Part shown: positions 24,675 through 37,950 of the stretch, in pieces
How the letters are laid out: each line of letters begins with the position of its first letter
Position numbering within the stretch: the stretch's first letter is position 1
From: Octopus sinensis
Lineage: Eukaryota
Assembly (NCBI RefSeq): GCF_006345805.1
Contig: NC_043003.1
Location: 6,696,001 to 6,760,000 of the forward strand
Direction: 5' to 3'
DNA length: 64,000 nt
Made by a program: the position numbers and the translations under genes
The notes under the pieces: generated by a model
What the model was told of the DNA's origin: nothing
Seen by the model: only the letters and a program-made list of their open reading frames with translations
Databases searched by the model: none

Positions 24675-25221
24675 TTAACATCACTTTAAAACAAGAAGTT
24701 TGTATCAGAGAACCAGGAGAGGCCTTAGACAGGTTGCTATCAAAGAATTAGTCATCAGAACTGTTGTCAAGTGTTTCACAATAATATATTCACAACAGCT
24801 CTTCTGCTAATCATTAGAATTGCATTACTATGTTACAACAGGGTTTATCCCCATCTAAAAATTGCTAATATAAAAAAAAGTTGGTCAGTAGGTTGGTTTT
24901 TATTGTTTTTATTTTACATTATATAGAAAAGAGAGATATATATAGTGTGTCAGCATAAAAATGGAAGAATGTATATAGGAGGTTTGATGCCAGGCAAAGA
25001 GTAAAAAGAAAGCTCTCGACACAGAAAAACAGTGGTGATGGAGGAAGAGGAGAGGCAGAAGAGAGAAGAGGAGGAGGAGGAGGAAATAGAAGTTATGGAA
25101 CAAATTAGACAAACGAGAAATTGGTTTTGATATTTTATAGTAATATTTTTCTTTTGAAATTAGAATTCATTTCATCATTTTGTAGAAGCATCAACAATTC
25201 TGATAAAAAATTAAATAATTA

Positions 25222-25589
25222 TCTCTATATATATAAACGGCAAAATGCCTCTGTGTGTGCGTGTCCTTTATACAAATCCACAATTTTTCAGTTAGAGGGC
25301 TTGCACTTTTTATGGTTATTCAAAACCGTCAAAGGTTGGTCGTGCACATCTTTACATTTTCCCAATCACCCCACAAAGCCATTAAAAAATCAATAGAAGT
25401 GACTTTTTTTGTGAATTTTCTATCCAAAACCCAATCAAAATGCCCAAAACTTGATACGCCAATTGAATGCCAGCTAGCTATATCGGATTGGTCGGAGATT
25501 TGGACAGTACTCGCGTGTATGTGCGCATGCACGCAACTGTATATGCATGCACTAGCACTATGACCAGGCGTGCCGGATCAAGGTGCTAG
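25222..25589 (+). mobile_element. Non-autonomous Helitron
   Basis: A|TC 5' end (tctctatatatataaa), subterminal GC-rich hairpin-like ccaggcgtgccgg, CTAG|T 3' end. Confidence 0.65.
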
Positions 25590-26494
25590 TTGTATATATG
25601 TCATATTTTCTGACATTACCCCATGGTGGCACAAGTACACTTCCAAAGTTACCCATTGTCATATCGTGCTTGTCATTAGAGGATTATCCATGGCATGAGA
25701 TGAAATAATCTCTAGAATCCTACTTTTTTACATAGAGATTATTGTACCAAATATCAAACCAACTGTCCACAGTGAAAGAGATGTGAAATTTACCAAATGT
25801 TAACATATTCAAAGGTAAACTTCACAAAACTGGAAATCAAATGAAATCTGCTTCACTTTTACTGATCCAAGAATATTTTTGATCTTTTATCTTCATCAAA
25901 TCTCAAGAGATTTTTACTGAATCAATTTTAGTCAAGAGAAATGATTGGACCCGCCTTTTGTTTTTATGTAATCTGTTCTGTTTGCAGGGGTTATAGGAAT
26001 CATCGAGGCATTCTTCTACACCCACATGTACCCCCTCTTATTGGTAACCATTACTTGTTTCTCAAATAAGAAATATCTTATTCTACACATTTTCAAAGGT
26101 GCAAAGCTTGTGCATGGCTCGTTAACAGGGAAGTGACAGAAATATGACCACGTGAAGCTGAGTGATTTTCTCAGAAATGCATATATCAGCACAGACACAC
26201 ACAACAGGCTTCTTTCAGTTTCTGTCTACCAAACTCTCACAAAGAACTTTTATTCAGCTCAGAGTTGTATAGTAGAAGACACTCGCCCAAACTGCCACAT
26301 GTGGTCATAAAGCAAACTTCCTAACCACACACTCATGTCTGTGCCTTAACCATAGTTCATTCCTCATAATAATACAAGAGTGATGATACCCATCATGACA
26401 ATGGGTACCTTTACTTATGTCCCCTTGGGTAAAAGGAAATAGGGCATACATAACTATAATTTCACTTTAATCAAATTTCTTGGTGTTTAAACAA

Positions 26495-29162
26495 AATGAT
26501 AAAAATAAACCTCTGTAGCTGGCTTTAATCAACATGGAGAAAGCCTCTGACAAGGTCCCCCGCTCCCTTATCTGGTGGTCAATGCAGAAGCTAGGGATAG
26601 ATGAGTGGTTGGTGAGAGCTGTACAAGTCATGTACAGGGATGCCGCAAGTAAAGTGAAGTTTGGCAATGAGTATAGCAATGAATTCAGGGTACAGGTAGG
26701 GATTCACCAAGGTTCAGTTCTCGGCCCCTTCTTGTTTATCTTACTCCTCCAGGCCTTAACAGTGGAATTCTACATCAGCTGTCCCTGGGAGCTCCTCTGC
26801 TGATGACCTTGTTCTTACAGCTGAATCACAAACGGAGCTAGAGAAGAAATTTCAGATGTGGAAGCAAGGCCTGGTACCTAAGAGCCTTAGAGTTAATTTA
26901 GCAAAAGCCAAAGTCCTAGTAAGTAGGAGAGCAAACAAATCCCAAATCTCTTCAGGAGATGACCCAGCTCAATATGTAAGGAGGGTGTTGGTAGAAACTC
27001 AATACATTGTACCCAGTGCAAGCTTTGGACACATAAGATGTGTAGCAATATGACAGGAAAGTTAACTGAGAATAGTGTCTTTGTGTGTGGCAAGTGTGCG
27101 GGTACAATATGAGCAGACAATAGACTGCCTCAAATGCTCAGGGGAATCTTAGAAGCAGTAGATAGCCTCTGTTACCTAGCTGACCAAGTTAGCAGTAGTG
27201 GAGGACGTCACTAGAATAAGAACAGCTTGGGCAAAGTACAGAGAGCTTCTACATTTGTTGGTAACTCCCTCAGAGTGAATGGCAGATTGCACGATGCCTG
27301 TGTACATACAGCTATGTTACAGGGCAGTGACACATGGGCTTTGATTACAGAGAACTTGCAACTGGATGGGTAATGTCAGTGTGCACACACGATAGAATGT
27401 AAATGATTTAAGAGGAATACTCGGTATAAGAGGTATCAGATGTTGTGTGCATGAGAGAAGGTCGTGCTGGTTTATGCATTTGGATGAGGACAGCTGCATA
27501 AAGAAATACCAAGTCCTAATTGTGGAGGGAACCTGTAAAAGGGGTAGACTCAGGAAGATGTGGAATGAAGAGGTAAGACAGTATCTTTGGATGCTAAATC
27601 TTACTGAGAATATGACAAGGGACCAGGGGCTTGTGGCAATTTGCTGTACTTCATAAGACGCATCAAGCTAAGTAAAATTGCTGTTTTCCACACAAACAGG
27701 CTTGTCCTTTCAGGTGTCAGTGCCACATAAAATGTACCTGTGTCAATGCTGCGTAAACACACCTAAGCCAGTGGCATGTAAAAAGCACCCAGCAAACTCT
27801 GTTAACCCTTTCATTACTAAATACACTCCTCATGAGTTTCAATTAAATTCTAAAATAATCATGAATTTAGACTAGTTTCATTAAACAGCTGTAACTTTTT
27901 TACTTAATATATTAATGTGATATATGGAACATAATTAAAGAAAGGGTTCATAATCAATTCTATTGCATAACTTTTGTCTCAAAGTAACTCTAATTACAGG
28001 TAAATCCGGGTAAACTGAGTAAAAGGTAAAAATATTAAAATTTTGTTTAAACATCACCATAGAAAATGAATCATCAGCTAATATTCAATTGGGTATGCAA
28101 CAAAATTTTGATATAGAAGAATTGTGCACATCATTAGATCATCAGTTGAATTTAATGCACAACTGAACAGGTGTACCATAAAGGTTGAATAAACTGAAAT
28201 ACTGGAATCCACCTAAATCCACTGCAAGTTTGACCGAACTAAAAAAAATTGGTCAAAAAATAATATACGGCCTTGGTTATGGTATAGAAGTGATAAATTC
28301 CAGACCACATCGTACCCTAGGCCATGCTGACTAACATTATTTTCCCTGTATAAAAACTAAATCCACAGCAGTACCCAGTATTTGCTTCACAAATTTTCCA
28401 AACTTTGATCTCCCATTTCGTGGGCTTTCTTGGCATATACTGTTTTGTTTGCATTCTGTGTAACAGTTTGTTTCTGCAGTGATCGCTTTTAACACACACA
28501 CTGTAAAAAATAAAAGTCTAACAGTTTCGCTTCCTAAGAAAGACTATGGATAGACCCCATCTCTTCAGAAAAATTGCTAATAAAAACATTTTTAAAGTTT
28601 TTACTTCATTCCGATGTAAAAATCGTCTTTGCTGTCGCTATCTTCAGCTTCTTCAGTTTCAGATATAGAAATATCCTATTCATTATTGTACACCACGTGC
28701 TTTTGTACCTCATTCATTCTTTTTCTCGATATCTCCCTATTTTCCGTTGAAAAACATTTAAATTCAGAATCACTGCTTGATAACATGAAACTCCTATCAA
28801 TTTTCAAAGTTGAAAAAAAATCGATGCCAAAAAACGTGGAAATAAATCTCCCAAAATTCACTGAGTTCAGATATCACGTCAACCAATGTCGGATACTATA
28901 AACCAACTATTTACAAAGTGAAAGCTTGACCAGCTATGGCCGGGTTGGTCTTATGAACCAAAAAATTTTTCGGCCAGCTACAGCTGGGTTAGTAACAAAA
29001 TGGTTAAGTGGATGGTGTTAGGAGAGGCATCCAGCCATAGAAACCATGTCACAACATACAATTGGAGCTGGACAGCTACCAAGCTGGCCAGTTTCATATC
29101 AAACCATCCAATTCAAGCCAGCATGGGAAACGGGCATTAAATGATGATGGTGATGATGATGA
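26495..29162 (+). mobile_element. RTE LINE (RT region and 3' end), interrupted by a piggyBac element
   Basis: MEKASDKVP and GIHQGSVLGP RT motifs; the 3'UTR resumes after 29007 and ends in (GAT)n. Confidence 0.85.
27802..29007 (-). mobile_element. piggyBac transposon, internally deleted
   Basis: TTAA at 27802 and 29004, ccctttcattact/agtaacaaaatgg termini, QYMPRKPTKWEIKVW...TGY...FYTGK transposase motif and an acidic N-terminal remnant. Confidence 0.85.
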
Positions 29163-29543
29163 AATACTAAACTTCAAAAGAAAAAAAATAACTGAAAATA
29201 AAAATAAATTCAAAACTAAATCCCTGAGCGAGGTATAAACAGTAGCTGCAACACATCGTGAAGTATATTTACCATTTGAATATGGCTAACCCCTAAGGGT
29301 GGGTGCTACTGTAGATTGGTGCCCCTGGAGGACACCTCCTCTAGCTGGCTATAGACACACTCTCTGTGCCCTATCAAAGGGAAGCCATCCTTCCCGTCTT
29401 CAACCTCAAAAATAAATTCCTTATTTATAAATCTCTCCCCATTTATACATAGACACACATGCTAAAACAAAACAAGACTCGGCTGTCTTAACTGGAATCC
29501 CGCATTTGATCATAGGATCAAGCTGGATCTAAATAGCATAAAT

Positions 29544-29582
<39 letters not shown>

Positions 29583-29613
29583 GAAACAAGTTAAATAGAA
29601 GCAAGTGCCATAC

Positions 29614-29863
29614 CTCGTGGCCAAATCTAGAAACTGGTAGTTTTCTCCATTGCGCTTCTTCTGTTCCAGTTCGTACAAAAGCACATTAACAAGATGAGAA
29701 TTCTTGATAACAAGGGGAATCTCGGTAAACATGTTTTCAAAGTTTAGCTTCAGCCTGTTCACTGATTCAGGGGTGAATTCGCCTTCCCTGTAAAACTCCA
29801 TCATGGCATCAGTGAGACGGTACGCTTTCAGGGATAAAAACCCTTGAGAGGTTTTCAGGGGAT
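29614..29863 (-). CDS. EIF3H: eIF3 subunit H, coding exon 4
   Basis: DPLKTSQGFLSLKAYRLT...IPLVIKNSHLVNVLLYEL...FLDLAT; AG acceptor, GTATGG donor; 250 nt, phase 1 to 2. Confidence 0.96.
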
Positions 29864-30004
29864 CTAAAGAAAAATGTCAAAACAACAAATTTAATACAGA
29901 AATTTAATTAAGAAACCCCGTTATAATGCATGTGTACATGAGTGCCCATTATATATACAGTAGCACCTCAGTTTTCCAACAACTCTTATCGCAAATAAAT
30001 CATG

Positions 30005-30043
<39 letters not shown>

Positions 30044-30504
30044 CATCATCATTTAGCGTATATTTATATATATAAAAATTAGAAAAAACCCACCTTTTAT
30101 CAATTCAAAATGAATAATTAAATTTGTTTTGAAATTTTCTTTAGATCTCCTGAAAAAATAGTTTTAATTTAAACTGCTTCAGTCTTGGGTGAGCTGGTGA
30201 GATATTAACATAAAAACTTTGGGATGAGATCCTTGACGTATTTTGAAGGACAGTGGCTCTAAATAAGAATTGACTTAGATTGTGACAATCTGCCCAACCC
30301 ATAACAGCACAGAAAGTAGACTGCTGCTGCAGGTTGATGTGGAGGCAGCGGCAGAGGAGAAGGAGGAACTAAAGTTAGCAAGCAGTTACATTTTTGGCAG
30401 ATACATCAGAGATGGGGGTTATGGAGTAGAGGTGTAGAGAACTAGCTATGTCATAGAGAGCAAAAATGGTACAGAGCTGGGCAGTAGACAGTATAGAGCT
30501 AGCT

Positions 30505-32712
30505 AATACAGATAGAAACAACTGCAGAAGTATGAAATTGCTAGACAAAGTCATGAAAGTTACTGAGAGGGTTATAGGTCAATTGATTAGGAATAGAACT
30601 AAACCAGATGATAGGAAGTTTGGTTTTGTATCTGTGAAGGGTACCACAGATGCCATCTTCCCAGTGCGACGGCTGCAGGAAAAGTGCTTGACCAAAAGTA
30701 AGCCATTGTACTTACCCTTCGTCAACTTGGAGAAAGCTTTCGACACAGTTCCCCACTCTGTTATAAGGTGGTCTCTAAAGAAGGTAGGAGTAGAGGAGTG
30801 GCTTGTTAGAGCTGTACAAGCCATGTACAGTAGTGTTGTCAGTAAGGTGGGAGTCAGCCATGAATACAGTAATGAATTCAGTGTACAGGTAGGGGTCCAC
30901 CAGGGCTCAGTTCTCAGCCCACTCTTATTCATTAGAGTCCTCCAGATCGTCGCAGAGGAATTCAAAATTGGGTACCCATGGGAACTGCAATATGATGACG
31001 ACCTTGCTCTTATTGCAGAATTGGAGAGGAAATTCAAGGTATGGAAACAAAACCTGGATCAAAGGGCCTTAAAGTTAAGATAGCAAAAATCAAAGATGTT
31101 GTTAGTAAGAAAGAAGATTAAACTCTCTTTCTGTCAGATAAACGGCCCTAGAAGAAATTCCATTCGCTGCACCCAGTGTAAACTATGGACACATAAGAGA
31201 TGCAGTGGAATCACAGGTAGATTAATAAAGTTGTCATATGTGGCAGATGTCCAGGAAAAATAAGCACAAAGAGCACATGGGAATTAGATTCTCTCAAATG
31301 CCCAGGAGGCTCTCTTGAGGTTGTGGATTGTTTGTTACCTAAGTGACCAAATTAGCAATGGTGGATGATGCTCTGAAAGTATTGTTTCTAGAATAAGAAT
31401 TGGGTGGAGAAGTTCAGAGACCTCTGTTGGCAACAAAAGGACTCTCTCTCTCAGAGTGAAAGGAAGACTATACAGTGCTTGTGTGCAAATGGCTAAACTC
31501 CATGGTAGTGAGACATGGGCTCTGAATGCAGAAGACATGCAGAGACTGGAGAGAAATGAAGGCAGTATGCTGCATTGGATGTGCAACATCAGTGCACATG
31601 TACAACAAAGTGCAAATGTTTTGAGAGAAAAGAGGGACATAAGAGGAATCACATGTGGCATGCAAGAGAGAAGACTACGTTGGTTTGGACATGTGATGAG
31701 TATGAATGAGGAAAGAAGTGCCATTCATTGAAAGTGAAGGGTACCTGCAGAAGGAGGAAGCCCAGGAAGACGTGGGATGAAGCGGTAAGGACTGATCTCA
31801 GGATGTTGGGTCTCACAGAGGAAATGACAATGGTGATATGAAGTTCTTGAGAAGACCCGCCCACATCAGTGAAACTGAGTTCTTGAAGTGCCATGTGTCC
31901 TACCCACACTTAAGAAAACTTTTCGCTCACCCTACCCCAACAAACCAATCTACATCTTCACATCTCTTCTTTTCCTAACATTTCCTCCTTCCTACACTAT
32001 GCCTAGCTCTCACTCCCCAATCCTGTCCTCACGACCTTATCCCTCTGCATCAATGCTATCCAGTATCCCCTTGACTCTATATATACTCAGGTTTTACACC
32101 ACTCACTCCACCACCTCCATACCCTTTGATCACACTTCCTTTGCAATATCCTGCCACTCGTATTATGGCATTTGAACCTCAAGGGTATGCCCTGGCACTT
32201 GCCCCCATCTATATCTCTCTCTTCCTTTACTCAACCATCCCATATATTTTCTGATCCCCGTCCTTTGTGAGTATGCCTGGCATTTTCCCACCATCTCTAT
32301 CCTGTTGTCTCCCATTCTCATTCTCCTCAGGTCGTATTTTCTTTGCGGTAACGCACCTATTTCTGTCTTCGTTCCTGATCTCTCCCTCTTTCCGGCCAGC
32401 TAACCTGGTACTTTCTCTACTGCAAGGCACCTGTTTCTGTCTCGCTATAACCTTTCATCATCTGACACAAGATCACCTCCTCCAAACTTGAAAGTAGTTT
32501 TTCGTCTTGCAAGTACTTGGTGACCCCATCAGTGCAGGTGCCACTTAAAAGCATCCAGTCCACATTGTAAAATGGTTGGTGTTTGGAAGGGCATCCAGCT
32601 GTAAAAACCTTGCCAAAACAGACACTAAAGTCTGGTGCAGTCCTGACCAGTTCCTGTCAAATCGTCCAACTCATTCCAGCATGAAAGGCAGACGTTAAAC
32701 GATGATGATGAT
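30505..32712 (+). mobile_element. RTE LINE 3' half with long pyrimidine-rich 3'UTR and (GAT)n tail
   Basis: GTTDAIF, LEKAFDTV, GVHQGSVLSP, YDDDL and LRWFGHV motifs. Confidence 0.9.
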
Positions 32713-33363
32713 GAACCATTTAATTATAAATCATACTGCACAGTAGCTTGTCTTTTACTATAGCCTTGACAAAACCTCCTAAGCAGAATTTGGTCAAAGG
32801 AATCTGTCGGAAAGCCCATTAGAGGAACTGTTCTTGTTAACCCTACCACCTTCTCAGGGTGCCTATCTTGACCAAGTGTTCACAAGAAGTTTGTATTCTT
32901 TTTTTTTCTCCCACCTGTCACAGAGACTCTAAAACAAAAGTCGTGATCTCATTCCCTTCCTAAATTAAGTCATGAAAAATATGGTCTCAAACAGAGACAT
33001 AACCAGTTTATTAGATTTAGGAATTACTCAAGTCCAGCTTGATCACAGTAAGCATGGGGTCATTTTTACAGCTAATTACCATGACCAGGATGGATCACTG
33101 TGTTGGCCCTTCCTATCACTAACCACAAAAACTGTTTCCAGTTTGCTGAACTGGAGCAAACAGCGATTTCTTCAGCAGGAACACAAAATAACGGTAGTCG
33201 CAGTAAAGGGTTCAAGGTTACTAGTGCTTTGGAAGGGGTGGGGTCTAAAAAGAAGGGTCCAGCTCAGCTGAAATCATTAGCTACTTATGAAAACCTTAGA
33301 AATTTTTCTGAATGGAAGAAAATGAAAAACAATAAATAAAAAAAAACATGAATAATGACTCAC

Positions 33364-33531
33364 CATAAATAAGCACAACTGACTCTTCAATGGAGTGTTG
33401 GTAGTTATACTGGGAGTCGACAAGAGTACGATTGATGAAGGAATTAAAATATGTACTCTGGTACCAACCAACGTGGAGATGGTCAATATTGACATGGCGC
33501 AGGTTACGGAAGATCTCAATCTGATAACGAA
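33364..33531 (-). CDS. EIF3H: eIF3 subunit H, coding exon 3 (MPN domain)
   Basis: [28 protein letters not shown]...[18 protein letters not shown]; ttcag acceptor, GTGAGT donor; 168 nt. Confidence 0.96.
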
Positions 33532-33966
33532 CTGAAACAAATATATATTTAAAGTCATTAAATCTGATAACAACAATAAGAGATACAACACTGATTAAGA
33601 GGCCATCATTCTTTCCACTTTTTCCTATTTAGTGATGGTGTTGACGGTATCCTTCATGCATATACATACACACAGGTAACATACATAGTAATACATACAT
33701 ACATACACACACACACATAGATGTATATTCATGCACAAAGGCATAGAAAACACTACAGACAGACACACACTAACTGCAAACAGTAAAAAAGGTGGGGTGT
33801 AATGAGGGTATGCAGAAGATGATGATTAAGAAACCCCGTTATAATGGGAAGGTGAAATGCATGTGTACATGAGTGCCCATTATATATACAGTAGCACCTC
33901 AGTTTTCCAACAACTCTGATCGCAAATAAATCATGCTTTATATATATATATTTATATATATAAAAG

Positions 33967-34264
33967 TTAGAAAAAAACCACCTTTTATCAATTCAAAATG
34001 AATAATTAAATTACACCATCTAGAAAATTACATATAATAGAAATATTAAAATTAAAATAACAATAATATACCGATGATTAAGTAAATTGCAAAATATTAA
34101 TAAAAACATATAATTGGCAGAACAACAATTTTTTTTTTTTGCAATTTACTTAATCATCGTTATATTATTGTTATTTTAATTTTAATATTTCTATTATATG
34201 TAATTTTCTAGATGGTGTAATTTAATTGTTCATTTTGAATTGATAAAAGATGGTTTTTTTCTAA
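33967..34264. repeat. 128-bp inverted repeat with 42-bp spacer in eIF3h intron 2
   Basis: 33967-34094 is the reverse complement of 34137-34264, with about 3 mismatches seen. Confidence 0.9.
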
Positions 34265-35427
34265 TTTATATATATATATATATATATAATATTGTGTGAA
34301 ATTTGATTTAGTATTTCTAAATTGAATTTTTCCCTGTAAGTTAGGAATAATATTCCCTCAAATAATAATAATTATTACTATTATATATATATATATATAT
34401 ATAATATATATATATATATATCACAAAATTTGACCAGACTATTGGATGCAGTTTATACATCTCTGGTCACAATGCGCTTTGATTTGTCTCAGCCTTTGAA
34501 TGATACCACCCCACTGGCTAGGCAAACAGGTGATCATTTCCCCAATAGGAAAGCTATTCTATTGCAGTTGAGTGAACAGGAGCAACCATGAAATGAACAC
34601 AATGCAGCACCTGGTCCACAAATTGAACCCACGATCTAACAACCATGAGCACAACGATCTAAACACTAAGTCAAGCAACTTCACACACACACACACATTA
34701 TATATATATATATATATTATATAGAGGGCACTATTACACATAGTGTAATAATAAAAATTTGGTTAATTCCCTAGATGAACGAAAAATTAAATGTGGACAT
34801 CAATTAAATTACTTATATAAGTTTAGCTAATTTGTGTATATATATAAACCCTGTTTTATGTTACTAATAGTTGTAGTTATTATTTGTACTAGTAAGATGT
34901 GTAGAAATTAGCACGAGATTATATAGTCTATATTACATAATTAGAATAAGTTGAAAATTAGATGTTTATAAGATAAATAAATATATTAATGAAAACAGAT
35001 TAAATTATAGAATTTTAGCTTAATTTAAGTTTATTATATAATGTATTTTACATATTAGTATTTAAATTATTTAGACTTTAGAATTTTTCCAGTTAATGGT
35101 ATATTAAAGTTAATTTTTTTTCCTTATTCTTACAGCTAAAATACATTTGTAATTTTAATAGCTTAAATACATATTTTTCTATTTATTTCTTCTCTAAATT
35201 CTATTTACACCATATTTTCATGTGATATATTTCTTATAAACACTAAATTCTATGTTTTACATTTAAAGTTTTAGTTAACGAAAATCCTTCGATAAGTTAT
35301 TTTAAGAAATATTGTTAAATGCTTTTCGATTATTTATAGTTAATACACGTATTTTTTATATATATTTGATAATTAGTATAAGCTAAGTACATTTATTCTA
35401 TTATTATTTTTTATTATTCATTATCTT

Positions 35428-35547
35428 AGACCTGATGAGTGACTATATTTTTAAATAGAATTAATTTTAGTTCGATTTAATTTTAAATCGAATTGATTTT
35501 ATTATTATTATCTATTTGAAAATATAGCCAAGAAACACGCGTGGTCT
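35428..35547 (+). ncRNA. Type I hammerhead ribozyme-like motif with very long stem II; cleavage triplet GUG, probably inactive
   Basis: agac-CTGATGA-gtgactatatttttaaataga...tctatttgaaaatatagccaa-GAAAC-ACGC-GTG-gtct. Confidence 0.65.
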
Positions 35548-36560
35548 TTTTTCTACTATTTACTGTACTTTATTGATTTTTAGAATAAGGTTTTTTTATA
35601 GCATTTTTTTTCTATATGGTGTGAATAACATCTTTCTTTATTGAATTGTTTCATAGAGGTTTTTCTCTAAATTATATACATATATTATATAATGTGAAAT
35701 TTGATTTTTTAAATTGTTAAATTGAATTTTTCCCTGTAAGTTTTGGAAATATATATAATTTTCTTTCGAAAAGTATATATCTATTTACACACACACACAC
35801 ACCCACACCCACACACATACATATATATATATAAATAATTTTGGAAAACAAATTTCCAAATCAAACAGGTGTAACCCTAGTGTTATATGCATCTACATAT
35901 TATACTTTGGGGTCTTATTCATTGTATCATCATCATCATCATGTCCGCTTTCCATGCTAGCATGGGTTGGACAGTTCAACTGGGGTCTGGGAAGCCCAAA
36001 GGCTGCACCAGGCTCCAGTCTGATCTGGCAGAGTTTCTACAGCTGGATGCCCTTCTTAACACCAACCACTCTGTGAGTGTAGTGGGTGCTTTTTACGTGC
36101 CACCGACACAGGTGCCAGACGAGGCTGGCGAACGGCCATGCTCGGATGGTGCTTTTTACATGCCACTGGCACGGAGGTGTTTGTTACATGCCACCGGCAC
36201 GGAGGCCAGTCGATGCGGCGCTGGCTACGGCCACATTATTTATATATACATCTATAAATATACAAAGTATCTGATAAAAGTCAATATTCAATTTTTGGGG
36301 ATTAATCAATAAGTGAGTATTCTATTTCAGATAATACAAAAATAACCTAATGGGTATATCTGACAGTAAACTCATGGTATCAGTTTGCACATCACGAAAT
36401 AACACTTAAAGGATATAACCTGAATTGCCAGTTATATAGTGTACTTCATTAATTATATCATACTTTAGTTAATACTTATTATATTAAATATGAAGGAACT
36501 ACACGTGTTTCAGTATTGGAAGATTACCATATATATATATACATATACACAACTGTATAC

Positions 36561-36595
<35 letters not shown>

Positions 36596-36791
36596 TAAGT
36601 AGTTGAATGAATTATCTTAGTATGGATAATTCGGTTAACCGATACCTGGGTAGCAAATTCACGTCAGAAAAACACGGTTGAAGCTACATGCCAAGGGCAG
36701 AGATCATGTGGTTTCGTGTGGAAATTTGTGTGTTTTTAATACAAATAAATGAAAGAATGGAGTTGAAAGACGATTTAACAAAATTCCTTTA

Positions 36792-36875
36792 TTCTTGACA
36801 TATGTTTCGAAGGCTGCATATTCCTAATTTCGAAGGAATAAGGGGTGCATTATGCCGCCTTCTCATCAGGAAAAA
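36792..36875 (-). ncRNA. Type I hammerhead ribozyme motif with intact core, sense to the eIF3h pre-mRNA
   Basis: ttttc-CTGATGA-gaaggcggcata[loop]tatgcagccttc-GAAAC-ATAT-GTC-aagaa. Confidence 0.75.
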
Positions 36876-37854
36876 CAAGGAACTTATGTCAGCATCAAGA
36901 TGAACAAAAACTCTTAGATGACTGCCCACATGGAGTCCATAGCGATAATTATATATACATATATAAATACATATATGTAATCATCAGATTTACAATTATT
37001 CCAGTTCTATTTCAGGTTCTATTTCAAAATATATCTAATTTTACATCCCTTTAAAATAAGCAATACAATTAAGCATTAAGGATTAAAAATTATGAATTAG
37101 AAATTAAGAATAAAAATATTTTGTAATATCAAGAATTAAAATTTATAAATTATACATTATAAATATGAATTAGTATATATATATATCAATCATATAAAAT
37201 CAAGTATATGTCAAATACAGAATGTGAGATATAAGATTAAACATCAATAAAAATGTGTGTGTTCAAATTTGATAAATAACAAGAAAAGTTCAAATATTTA
37301 TCTTCCTTCTTTTTTTTTGGTTTTGCTGGTACTAAAATGGTGATTTGAGGAAGAAGATAGCAAGGAACTATAGGTGTTTATAGGTGATTAGTATCAAGGG
37401 GGGGTAATTACATTTTTACATAGTTTTAATTTTAAATTCTCCACTATTAAAACAACAAAAATATGGAAGGTGCAGTTATGTACAGGTTGACAGAAGAAAA
37501 GCAGGACAAAAACGATGCATGCAAATGGGTTTAGCTGGAGGTAAATCTAGATGGAAAAGGATGATGCTTTTTTTGTGCAAACTGCACGTGCATTTTTCTC
37601 GCATATGCATAGTATCGATCGCAACAGCTGATGTACTTGCGCATACAAATTGCACGATCCCACAGCTTTATCGATTGCATTCTCACCTGGAATCAATTTT
37701 TGTAATTTTTTCAAGACTTATACACACCCTGATACCGTCAGTATCTAATATCAAATTTGAGGGCAATCGGATGGAGGATGCCCGAGATCCTAGAAGACAC
37801 ACAGACAGACAACGGATTTTATATAATAGATTATTAATGTGTTCATAATAATTA

Positions 37855-37950
37855 AAGAATTTTATATTAGAGTTATATCCAGCTTCTTTTAAGTCTTTAT
37901 TATATGGGGCATGTTTATTAAAAGTGTCATAATCTGAGGATAATATATAA
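37855..37950 (-). mobile_element. Penelope-like retroelement ORF remnant
   Basis: LSSDYDTFNKHAPYNKDLKEAGY resembles the PLE post-RT LSS...F....P.Y..AL...GY pattern; embedded in AT-rich sequence, with a Helitron-like 5' end at about 37830. Confidence 0.5.

Noticed and set aside
32972-33339. Plus-strand ORFs of 99 and 79 aa antisense in eIF3h intron 3
   Set aside because: No recognisable homology or splice structure.
33364-33531. Active JAMM metalloprotease site in the eIF3h MPN domain
   Set aside because: GWYQST replaces the HxHP...D zinc motif, as is normal for eIF3h.
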